This document shows positions 1 to 9,805 of a stretch of DNA of 64,000 bases, piece by piece. A program made the translations under genes and the position numbers. Origin of the DNA: Candidatus Multivoradales bacterium (GTDB lineage: Bacteria > Acidobacteriota > Thermoanaerobaculia > Multivoradales > J023); NCBI GenBank assembly GCA_965248925.1, contig CBDFLE010000006.1, positions 2,528,001 to 2,592,000 of the forward strand, read 5' to 3'. A model generated the notes under the pieces. It did not search any database and was not told the origin of the DNA. It worked only from the letters and a program-made list of their open reading frames with translations. The first letter of the stretch is position 1. Each line of letters starts with the position of its first letter.

Positions 1-1332
1 GGCCAAGGCAGTCCGCTGCCAACCCTCACCGTCTTCGTCAACGCGGTAGATATCGATGCCGCTACGCCAGATCTTCAACTCCCGACTGACGTAGCCGAGG
101 ACCAACTCGCTGCGACCATCGCCATCGAAATCACCGGCGGCTACCGCCGAGATGAAGGCCCTGGGACGAATCGGGCTGAGCTCTTGGGCGCGCAACTCCC
201 CTTGACCATCGCTGAGATTGAGGATCGCACGATTGCTCATGCGCCGCGAGGCGGTCACCAAATCAGGATGCTGATCCCCATTGAAGTCGGCCATGGCGAA
301 GCCGTCGCCAAAATCGAACCGCGCCAGCTCATCCTCAGCTGTTGGCCGGGTAGCCTCCCAGGTTCCATCGCCAAGGTTCTGGTAGACCAGATAGCCACGG
401 GAGCTGCTGATCAATCCGCCGGCTTTTTGATTGGTGAATTTGCGGCCCTTCGGCCCTTCTCCCAAGGCTAAAATATCCGCTTGGCCATCGCCATTCCAGT
501 CGACCACCTCTACCGCCCGAGAGGAGAACGAAGTGGCGTCGCCACCGGCCCCAGGGTGGTCGACTTCGATACCGGTCGTCCAAGCCTCGAAAACACCGGG
601 CGTCTTCTGAATCAGCGCCACCACCCCACGCAGGTGGATGCCGAACACCAGGTCCAAGAGGCCGTCGCCGTTGAGGTCGCCAGCCGCCGCATCACCATAG
701 TCATAGGGCAAAGGCGGGTAGACCACATCCCGCCAACCGGTCCAGTTCCCCTCACCGTCGCCAAGAAAGATATTGGGCAACGGGCGGCTCTTGCGCGCCG
801 GCCCGAAGACGATGTCGAGATGCCCATCGCCATTCATGTCGGCGATGTCGAAGCCATTTCGCCACTGCCCGCGACGTGGCAACCCGGCGTCAAACTCCTC
901 GAGATTTAGCCGGTCGATCTTCTTGAGATCGCTCTCGTAGGTCTTGGCCGCCGCCGCCAGTTCCTCTTCGCTGGGCCCTTGCACGACCTTCTTGACCCGC
1001 TTCGGTGGGGGTTGGTAGTACTCCTTGACCCAGAAGTTCTTGGCATCGTGGCGAACTACTTCAAAGAAAGCCCCACCGGGCATCCGCACCCTCTTTTCAT
1101 CCAGCCAGCGGTAGGCCCCTTCTATTTTGGGAATCGCTGAGATCCGGTATTTGAGACCGCGCTCTTCGTCGAGTATCCACTCATCGCTGGCGGTCGGATC
1201 CGCGACGGCCGGCGCGGCCGCGGGTGGCGGTGTTGATTGGCCCAGGACGGCGCCGCCGAAGAGCAGGGCCGGCATCACGAGAGCCGGTACCAGTAGGCGC
1301 CAGCTAGGAAGAGGGCAAGATTTGAACATCAT
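1..1332 (-). CDS. Secreted FG-GAP/VCBS-repeat protein (3' end runs off the window)
   Basis: Not in the ORF track; translated manually. ATG at 1332 after GGAG; MMFKSCPLPSWRLLVPALVMPALLFGGAVLG signal-like N-terminus; repeats ADMNGDGHLDI, GDLNGDGLLDL, DWNGDGQADI, ADFNGDQHPDL, GDFDGDGRSEL; open to position 1. Confidence 0.85.
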   Translation of the reverse strand, partial: MMFKSCPLPSWRLLVPALVMPALLFGGAVLGQSTPPPAAAPAVADPTASDEWILDEERGLKYRISAIPKIEGAYRWLDEKRVRMPGGAFFEVVRHDAKNFWVKEYYQPPPKRVKKVVQGPSEEELAAAAKTYESDLKKIDRLNLEEFDAGLPRRGQWRNGFDIADMNGDGHLDIVFGPARKSRPLPNIFLGDGEGNWTGWRDVVYPPLPYDYGDAAAGDLNGDGLLDLVFGIHLRGVVALIQKTPGVFEAWTTGIEVDHPGAGGDATSFSSRAVEVVDWNGDGQADILALGEGPKGRKFTNQKAGGLISSSRGYLVYQNLGDGTWEATRPTAEDELARFDFGDGFAMADFNGDQHPDLVTASRRMSNRAILNLSDGQGELRAQELSPIRPRAFISAVAAGDFDGDGRSELVLGYVSRELKIWRSGIDIYRVDEDGEGWQRTALA

Positions 1333-1447
1333 CAATTACTCCTTGGGAAAGGACCCGTTGTCAGCTCGACATTGTGCCCGACCTGGCATCCCAGCGGCTA
1401 TAAGACTTTTGTAAGAATGAGAGCAGCCCCCCACGGGGCATGGCAGC

Positions 1448-2218
1448 CTAGACATGGTCGACAAAGCCGTCCGCGAGACGGCGAAACACCCAGCCGCCGA
1501 GCAGCAACAGCAAAGCCGCCGTCAAGGCAAGACGCAGGATCGGCGCGAAGCCGGCAAAACCACCTCCCAACAACGCCTGGCGATAGAGCTCGACCACGGT
1601 GGTCAGCGGATTCCAGGCGAGCCAAGGGCGAAGAGAGGGCGGTACCAGGTTCATCGAGTAAACGATCGGGGTCACATAAAACCAGCCCATCATCAACAGG
1701 TTGACCAACTGAGCGACATCCCGGAAGAGGGTGTGCAGACTGCACACCAACAAGCCAAGGCCCAAAGTCAGCGCGATTTGCAGCGGCAGGACCAGCAGCA
1801 ACACCGGCAAGCTGAGCAGCGACAGCTTGCCCAGCAGCGCCAGGATGACGATGAAGACGGCACCGGCAATAGCCTCCTGTACCAACCCTCCCAAGACGGT
1901 CGCCAAGACCAGTACTTCCGCCCGAAAGCTCGAACTGCGTACCATGTTGGAGTTGTCGGTGACTGCCGTAGCCGACCGCGAGACTCCCTCTTGAACCGCC
2001 ATCCAGGGCAGCAGGCCGGCAAAAAGGAAGATGCCAAAGCTGTCGGTGCGCTCCCCGACCAAGGAGATCTTCATCACCACTGAGAAAACGAAGGTGAACA
2101 GCGCCAGCTGGAACAGTGGCTGCACGAATGGCCACAAGACACCCAGCAGAGAGCCGGCGAAACGGCTCTGGAAGTCTCTCTTGACGAGTTCTTTGAGGAA
2201 GAAGATCTGACCTTGCAT
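1448..2218 (-). CDS. wzm: ABC-2 polysaccharide export permease (Wzm-like)
   Basis: ELVKRDFQSRFAGSLLGVLWPFVQPL N-terminus, FYVTPIVY and NPLTTVVELYR motifs, multiple TM helices. Confidence 0.85.
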   Translation of the reverse strand: MQGQIFFLKELVKRDFQSRFAGSLLGVLWPFVQPLFQLALFTFVFSVVMKISLVGERTDSFGIFLFAGLLPWMAVQEGVSRSATAVTDNSNMVRSSSFRAEVLVLATVLGGLVQEAIAGAVFIVILALLGKLSLLSLPVLLLVLPLQIALTLGLGLLVCSLHTLFRDVAQLVNLLMMGWFYVTPIVYSMNLVPPSLRPWLAWNPLTTVVELYRQALLGGGFAGFAPILRLALTAALLLLLGGWVFRRLADGFVDHV

Positions 2219-2315
2219 ACCGCGGCTGGCTCCTAGTTTGACTGACGAGAGGTTACTGCGAAACGCGACAACACGTTAGCTGGCTAGAAGCTTTCTAGCT
2301 ACAGCCAAACAAGTC

Positions 2316-2345
2316 TTGACCGATTAGGCTTTCATCACATATTAT
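2316..2345 (+). promoter_or_regulatory. Putative sigma70 promoter for the TPR gene
   Basis: TTGACC-N18-TATTAT in an AT-rich divergent intergenic region; inverted repeat GCTAGAA-gct-TTCTAGC at 2283-2299 just upstream. Confidence 0.45.
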
Positions 2346-2411
2346 CGCGTGGCAATTTCATTCGCCATGGAGATGCTGTAAGATCGAGCGTTCTAACGCG
2401 AGCGATTCAAG

Positions 2412-3350
2412 ATGTTGACCCTGACACCCACATCCCTTTTCGAACCCGCCGGTTCGACCACCCACCAGCCGAGCAGCACCAAGCTGCTAGCCCGCGGCCG
2501 CAGAGCGGTTGAAGCGGGCCGTCTACACGACGCGCTAGCGCTCAATGAGAAGGCGCTTGCGGCAGCTCGCCGGGAAGGCGATCAAGATCAAATCGAACTC
2601 GCTATCTGCAACCGCAGCTCGGTAGCGATAGCGGTCGGGCGCCATTCCGAAGTACTCGCCGACCTGCGGCCAGTGCTGCTGGCCAATCGGCGACCGGAGG
2701 CGTGTTTTCTCGCCGCAGACTCCCTATCTTGGGCGCACGAACTCAGCAAAGATTTCAAGAAGGGCCTATTCTACGCCCGCTCTGCCTTCAACTATGCTCG
2801 CCGAGCCGAGAACCAGGAGTGGTTGGCTTCGAGCCACAACCAGATCGGCAACTGCCTGGTGGGCGACAGTCGATTCGAGGAAGCTGCCAGCGAGTATCAC
2901 CATGCGTTGGCGATCCTCGCCGACGAGCCCTCGGTAGTCCGCGCTGGCGTGATCGTGAATCTCGGCTACTGCAACATGATGCAGGGTGATCTAGCCAACG
3001 GCTTTCGCCTGGCATTCAAGGGCTTGCGTTGGTATCGGCGCTTGGGTGCCAAGACCTACGAAGCATGGCCACACCAGGATCTCTGCTATGCCTACTTGGA
3101 GGCGGAGCGTCCGCTGCGTGCTCGCCAGCATGGCCTGCGAGCCCTGGAGCTGGCCACCGAAACCGGCGACCGCTCGGCGTTGCGCAACGCGCTGTTTCTG
3201 CTCGGTGAAACCGAAAAAGCAGCTGGCGACCCCGCTGCCGCTCGCTCCTTTTTTGAACGCCTGCAGCAGGAGTTCTACCCCGAGTCCCCGCAGCTACTCA
3301 GCGTCCTGTCGGCGGTGAGCATGCGTCAAGTGGTCAATCTGAGGGCCTGA
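2412..3350 (+). CDS. Tetratricopeptide-repeat protein
   Basis: Helical repeats such as ASSHNQIGNCL, VIVNLGYCNM, NALFLLGETEK; stop overlaps the next start (TGATG). Confidence 0.8.
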   Translation: MLTLTPTSLFEPAGSTTHQPSSTKLLARGRRAVEAGRLHDALALNEKALAAARREGDQDQIELAICNRSSVAIAVGRHSEVLADLRPVLLANRRPEACFLAADSLSWAHELSKDFKKGLFYARSAFNYARRAENQEWLASSHNQIGNCLVGDSRFEEAASEYHHALAILADEPSVVRAGVIVNLGYCNMMQGDLANGFRLAFKGLRWYRRLGAKTYEAWPHQDLCYAYLEAERPLRARQHGLRALELATETGDRSALRNALFLLGETEKAAGDPAAARSFFERLQQEFYPESPQLLSVLSAVSMRQVVNLRA

Positions 3351-4708
3351 TGCCAATGCCCACTGCACGCACAAGCCTGATTCTGCTCGTCGCCATACTG
3401 GCGGCTACCTGCGCGGCAATGGCGGCCGACAACGAGGTCGCTCAGCTGGCGGTCGATGGTCGGGTTTTCGCCATTCAAAAGGGCACTTACGGCGACCTCT
3501 TCCCAGCTGACGACGAGCTGCCGGGCAATTACGAGGTGTTGGCCCTAGATATCGTCGACCCCGAGCTGGGCACTCAGCGGAGTCTGGTTCCGGGAACCGA
3601 GAACCGCTTTGGCGAAGTCTCCGAGAGTGTGGTCTATGAGACTCGGTCGCAGACTCTTTACGTCCTCTGGGAAGGCTTTCACAACTTCATCCACCCGCGG
3701 ATCTACCTCACCAGCTTCGATGGCGAGGGCTGGGGCGAACTGCTCGAGATCGGCCCGAGCCCCTTCGGTCGCAAGAGTTCACCCCAACTGGTGGTAACCC
3801 AGGATGCCTTCGATGCCGAAGATTCCAGCCTTGCGTGGACCGAACGCACTATCCTTCATCTCACCTGGTGGGAAGATAGCAGCAACGGCAGCACCAAGAT
3901 CTACACACCTCTGGTTTTCGAGGACGGCGTCTACGTGGGTCCCGAGTCGATCGTCGATTTGCCACGCTTGCTTGAAGAAGTAGCCGCTGAAGAGCCGGCC
4001 TATCCGCTGGTCTCGCCCGGCATTGCCGACGCCCTCAGAATACAGCCGGGCCGCAATCACCAAGCAACAGTCATCGGCTTCCTGGAGCCTGGCTCTGGTG
4101 ATCTGGTGGTGCTCGATTTTGAAGTTCTGCCCGCCGCCCTGATCGATCTCGCCGAGAAGGCTCGGCTGCACATCATCAATCTCGGCGCGAAGGACTCCCT
4201 GAGCGAACTAGCCCAGGCAGCCGCCGACATCCTGCACCAGCTGGACACCGACTTCCACGAGATCACCTTGGCTTGGTTCGCCGAACAAGTACGATCGATG
4301 ATCGAGGCCTCCGACGACGATTTGTCGCCAGAGGGTATTGGGCGCATCGCCAGCAAGGCACGCCTGCACATCATCAATCTAGGCGCCAAGATGGGAAATC
4401 ATGGCTTGGCCGACGCCCAGGTCTGGGCGGTGTTGGAAGTCCCCAGCTCGGTCCCTGATGCCCTCGGGCACTTCGTCAAGGTCACGGTAGCCTCGCGCCG
4501 GGCAGCACCAGAGACTGGCGACAACGCTACCCTCTTCCTCTCCGAAACCGGGCAGGATGTGATCGTTGGCTGGCAAGACAGCAACCGGGTCTACTACGTG
4601 GTCAGCGGGGCCGAGGGTTGGTCGGGAACCAAATTCCTGACCCTCGGCGGTCAACTGAGCCAAGAGCAAGCATTCGCGCTGCTTGAGAGCCGCGTGCGCA
4701 GCCGCTGA
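3350..4708 (+). CDS. Secreted hypothetical protein with duplicated KARLHIINLGAK peptide
   Basis: Hydrophobic signal peptide ending AMA; acidic body; identical 12-aa repeat at 4157-4192 and 4355-4390. Confidence 0.75.
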   Translation: MPMPTARTSLILLVAILAATCAAMAADNEVAQLAVDGRVFAIQKGTYGDLFPADDELPGNYEVLALDIVDPELGTQRSLVPGTENRFGEVSESVVYETRSQTLYVLWEGFHNFIHPRIYLTSFDGEGWGELLEIGPSPFGRKSSPQLVVTQDAFDAEDSSLAWTERTILHLTWWEDSSNGSTKIYTPLVFEDGVYVGPESIVDLPRLLEEVAAEEPAYPLVSPGIADALRIQPGRNHQATVIGFLEPGSGDLVVLDFEVLPAALIDLAEKARLHIINLGAKDSLSELAQAAADILHQLDTDFHEITLAWFAEQVRSMIEASDDDLSPEGIGRIASKARLHIINLGAKMGNHGLADAQVWAVLEVPSSVPDALGHFVKVTVASRRAAPETGDNATLFLSETGQDVIVGWQDSNRVYYVVSGAEGWSGTKFLTLGGQLSQEQAFALLESRVRSR

Positions 4709-4764
4709 GCCGGTGCGACACGGTCCCGTCCTTACAACCGTCTATCTGAGATTTCCCTTGCGCC

Positions 4765-4793
4765 TTGACGTGGGGCGGATGCTCCAGTAGCAT
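4765..4793 (+). promoter_or_regulatory. sigma70 promoter for the XRE gene
   Basis: TTGACG-N17-TAGCAT; RBS GAGGAGG at 4827-4833 before ATG 4843. Confidence 0.65.
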
Positions 4794-4842
4794 TGACTCT
4801 TGCGGGGAGTATTTCCACCCTTCCCCGAGGAGGCGCTCCGAG

Positions 4843-5247
4843 ATGGCTTTCGTCCACAAGATTCGTCAGATACAGCTCGTCGGTCCGAAGATTCGTCAGC
4901 TACGCAAGGAGCGCAAGCTGACTCAGACCGATCTAGCTTCCCGTATTGGCATCCAACAGTCAGATTTGTCCCGTATGGAGAAGGGCGAATACCGGATCAG
5001 CCTGGATACGCTCTTCAACATCCTCGCCGAGTTCAACGTTGGCATCGGTGAGTTCTTTGATGACTATGCCCGCGAAGCGTTGACGCCGCGCGATATGCAG
5101 CTAGTTCGCGGGGTCAAGCAGCTACCAGCCAACATGCGCCGAGAAGTTGAGGAGTTCGTCACTGCCAAGCGCAGCAGCGCTGGAGAAGGTGAGGACTCCA
5201 GGCCGGAAAAGAGCGAGAAGGGCCAACGCTCCTCGCAATCTGGCTAA
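4843..5247 (+). CDS. XRE-family HTH transcriptional regulator
   Basis: IRQLRKERKLTQTDLASRIGIQQSDLSRMEKG; start moved to ATG 4843 by RBS. Confidence 0.9.
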   Translation: MAFVHKIRQIQLVGPKIRQLRKERKLTQTDLASRIGIQQSDLSRMEKGEYRISLDTLFNILAEFNVGIGEFFDDYAREALTPRDMQLVRGVKQLPANMRREVEEFVTAKRSSAGEGEDSRPEKSEKGQRSSQSG

Positions 5248-5381
5248 GGTAGAAAGCAGGACAGACCCACCTGGGCACCCGCCGGAGACTCGCCACCAGG
5301 CGGTTGCCGGTTCTTGCGTTCTAGGCGCAGAGAGACGAAGACGGTCGCTTCGCCCGCGGAATGGTGGCCTCAAGGGATTGT

Positions 5382-5450
5382 GTAGGGGCGGGCATGGGAT
5401 GCGCCCGGTCTCGCTGCCCAGGCCTGCGGGCGCACGCCGTGCGCCCCTAC
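5382..5450. repeat. GTAG-type REP doublet (REPIN-like inverted pair)
   Basis: GTAGGGGCG...CGCCCCTAC inverted ends with internal GGGCGCAC/GTGCGCCC palindrome, between convergent genes. Confidence 0.65.
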
Positions 5451-5490
5451 GAAAAACTTTTTCCAGTAGCTTGTGGAATTTCCGAGGCGC

Positions 5491-6849
5491 TCAGTTACCA
5501 CGGCTGGCGGCGAGACCCGCGCCAGCGACATAGGACGCTACCACCGGGTCTGGAACTTTGCCTAAAACCGAACCGGGATCCTGCCGCAAGAGCCGTTGCA
5601 AATGACTTCGCCGCTGCTCGAAAGCCTCTTTCTGGTCGCCAGGAATTGGCTCTGAGGGGACACTTTGGATCGATAGCGGGTTGATCCAGCGGCCGTTGTG
5701 TTGCACACGGTAATCCAAGTGAGCACCGTTGACGAGTCCGGTGGAACCAACAAAACCGATCACCTCACCCTGTCGCACTCTTTTGCCCGAACCAATGCCC
5801 TCGGCATATCGAGAAAGGTGCAAGTAAGCACTGGTATAGCCATTCGGATGTCGTACCTTGACCATCTTGCCGGCACTGCGAGAGTAGGCGGCCGAAACTA
5901 CCGTACCGTTGGCGGTGACGCGCACCGATGTGCCCACCGGCGCGCCGTAGTCGACCCCGTAGTGCGGTCGGTAGGTCTTCAGAACGGGGTGGAAACGCCG
6001 GTGACTAAATTTGCTGGTCACTCGGGTGAAAGGCAGCGGTGAGCGCAGAAACAACTTCTGTACCGGCCGGCCTTCGGCGTCGTAGTAGCCATCCTGGAAC
6101 TGATAGACCTCATTGCGGCGACCCCGGTTTTCGTAGATCAGGGCTTGGATCTGGCCCAGGCCGGCGAGTTCCCCGTCGAGGTAGATCTCTTCGAACAGCA
6201 CCTGGAATTGGTCGCCGATCCGCAGATCGCGATTGAAGTCTAGATCCCACTGCAAGACCTCGGACATGGCAAAGGCCAGACCACCGGGCGCTCCGGCTTT
6301 TCGCAGAGCGGATTCAAGAGCACCTTCCAGCTCACCCTTGGCCAGGCGGATGGCAGTCTCGCGCTTGAAGGCATGCCACGAGCTATCCCACCCCTGCCGC
6401 TGGCGGGCGAGTTCTAGCCAACCCTTCCCTCGCTGCTGCACGCGAAAGGAAGCCAGCTGAGCATCTTCGTCAAAGTATGCCAGGCAAGGCTCACCGGCCT
6501 GAATTCGGTGCACGTCGACCAAGTCGCTGGCGGCCTCGACGGCGGCGTAGACCTCCGTCGGCTCAAGGCCCAACTCCCCCAAGACGCCAGCCAGGGTCTG
6601 GCCGCGAACAATTTCGAGCGGCATGGGTACCGCCACCGGTGAGAGTTCAAGAGCCACTTCGCCTGGAACCTGGCGAAACAGGCTCACCTCGAACCGCGGG
6701 TGAGCGATCATCCTTGTCGGGTACTCTAGTTCGGCCTCTGTTTGGTGGCGATACCAGCCGAGAACCGATGCCATCACCAGCAGGCAGGACGGCACGACGT
6801 AGCGCCAACGGGAGGGAGGAAGAATCCGGCGAGTTAGGAGGCGAATCAC
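5491..6849 (-). CDS. M23 peptidoglycan DD-metalloendopeptidase (MepM-like)
   Basis: HYGVDY (HxxxD), YLHLS and AHLDY motifs; N-terminal TM segment. Confidence 0.9.
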   Translation of the reverse strand: MIRLLTRRILPPSRWRYVVPSCLLVMASVLGWYRHQTEAELEYPTRMIAHPRFEVSLFRQVPGEVALELSPVAVPMPLEIVRGQTLAGVLGELGLEPTEVYAAVEAASDLVDVHRIQAGEPCLAYFDEDAQLASFRVQQRGKGWLELARQRQGWDSSWHAFKRETAIRLAKGELEGALESALRKAGAPGGLAFAMSEVLQWDLDFNRDLRIGDQFQVLFEEIYLDGELAGLGQIQALIYENRGRRNEVYQFQDGYYDAEGRPVQKLFLRSPLPFTRVTSKFSHRRFHPVLKTYRPHYGVDYGAPVGTSVRVTANGTVVSAAYSRSAGKMVKVRHPNGYTSAYLHLSRYAEGIGSGKRVRQGEVIGFVGSTGLVNGAHLDYRVQHNGRWINPLSIQSVPSEPIPGDQKEAFEQRRSHLQRLLRQDPGSVLGKVPDPVVASYVAGAGLAASRGN

Positions 6850-7018
6850 TGTTTGTCTTTGTTGATTTCAGAGGTCAGCATCGTTGCTCGGAGACGATAG
6901 GAAAATCCACCCTGAGGCAAAATGCTAGCACACCGGTCGGCGAGCTAGCGTCCCCGGGCGACAAGGGTAAGAGCAAGTCCCTGAAGACCCCGGCTGATCC
7001 ACCGCGGCGCTGCTGCCT

Positions 7019-7405
7019 TCAGTCACCGGCAGCCAGCTTGAGCTGCACTTTGGCCCTGGCAACGGCCTGTTGCCTTGAGCCGCTGTGGGCACTGTCAAGA
7101 GCCTTCTTGAGCGCCGCCTCAGCGCGGTCCGCATCGATTTCACTCGGCGCCAACGCTTGTTCGGTGAGAATCGTTAGCCGATTGTCCACCATCTGCGCGA
7201 AGCCGCCGTCGATGAACAGGATCTTGGTGCCCTCGGCGGTCTCGGCTTTTAGCCGCCCGATGCCGAGCCGATAGAGCAGCGGCGCGCGACCGTGCAAGAT
7301 TCCGATCTCGCCATCGTGGGCGGGAAAGATCACGCTGGTGACCTCGCCGTCTAGCACCGCCTTCTCAGGGGTGACGACGCTCAGCTGAAAAGTGTCATTA
7401 GCCAT
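7019..7405 (-). CDS. atpC: ATP synthase F1 epsilon
   Basis: LSVVTPEK, GEIGILHGRAPL, IDGGFAQM; last gene of the operon. Confidence 0.95.
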   Translation of the reverse strand: MANDTFQLSVVTPEKAVLDGEVTSVIFPAHDGEIGILHGRAPLLYRLGIGRLKAETAEGTKILFIDGGFAQMVDNRLTILTEQALAPSEIDADRAEAALKKALDSAHSGSRQQAVARAKVQLKLAAGD

Positions 7406-7424
7406 CGGCTACCTCCAGCGAGAC

Positions 7425-8891
<1,467 letters not shown>

Positions 8892-8903
8892 TTAGGGCGT
8901 TCG

Positions 8904-9803
8904 TCAGCCGAGAGCGCTGGCGCCGCCGATGATGTCGAGCAACTCCATCGTGATATGGGTCTGTCTGGCGCGGTTGTACTGCCGCGTCAAGCTGGTGATC
9001 ATGTCGCTGGCCGCTTCGGTAGCGGCGGTCATCGCCACCATGCGGGCAATCTGTTCCGAAACTGCGGCGTCGGTAAAGCATTGGAAGAGCCGCATCCGCA
9101 CGCTGGCCGGTAGCAGGTCGCTGAGGAGTTCCGCCGGGTCCGGTGAAAACTCGTACTCGACACTGGTACCCCCGGCACTTGCGGTCACCGTCTCCTCTGC
9201 CTCCTCTTCGCTACTCGCTTGCTGGCTGAGAGGTAGCAGCTGAGCTAATTCCGGCACCTGCTTACCGGCCGAGACAAAGCGCATGTAGGCAACGTTCACG
9301 GTCGAGATCTCCCCCTTCGAGAAGGCCTCGATCAGCCCGTTGGCGATCGGCTCGATTTCCTCGAACCGCGGCTTGTCGCCAATACCAACATGCTCGCTGA
9401 GCATTGCACGACCGAGAAATTTGAAGTAGGAAATGCCCTTCTTGCCCACCATGTGGACATCAACTTCCCCGCCGGCCGCCTCCTTGCTCTCCAAATGCCC
9501 CCCGGCCAGACGCAGAATACTGGCGTTGTAACCTCCGCACTGTCCCCGATCGCTGGTCACAACCACCAGTGCCGAGCGCTTGACCTGGTCGTGAGTGCGC
9601 ATCAGCGGATGCTCAAGACCGGCCGCCGCCCGCGACAGATCAGCCACCAGCTCGGCCAGCTTTTCGCTGTAGGGTTTGGTAGCGGTCGCGCGATTGAACG
9701 CGGCCTGGAAACGGGCGGTCGCGATCAACTGCATGGTGCGCGTGATCTTGCGGATATTGCGCACCGCCTTGCGCCGTTTGACGAGGACTCTTCGATTCGC
9801 CAT
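8904..9803 (-). CDS. atpG: ATP synthase F1 gamma
   Basis: KITRTMQLIA, TSDRGQCGGYN, YNRARQTHITMELLDIIGG. Confidence 0.97.
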   Translation of the reverse strand: MANRRVLVKRRKAVRNIRKITRTMQLIATARFQAAFNRATATKPYSEKLAELVADLSRAAAGLEHPLMRTHDQVKRSALVVVTSDRGQCGGYNASILRLAGGHLESKEAAGGEVDVHMVGKKGISYFKFLGRAMLSEHVGIGDKPRFEEIEPIANGLIEAFSKGEISTVNVAYMRFVSAGKQVPELAQLLPLSQQASSEEEAEETVTASAGGTSVEYEFSPDPAELLSDLLPASVRMRLFQCFTDAAVSEQIARMVAMTAATEAASDMITSLTRQYNRARQTHITMELLDIIGGASALG

Positions 9804-9805
9804 CG

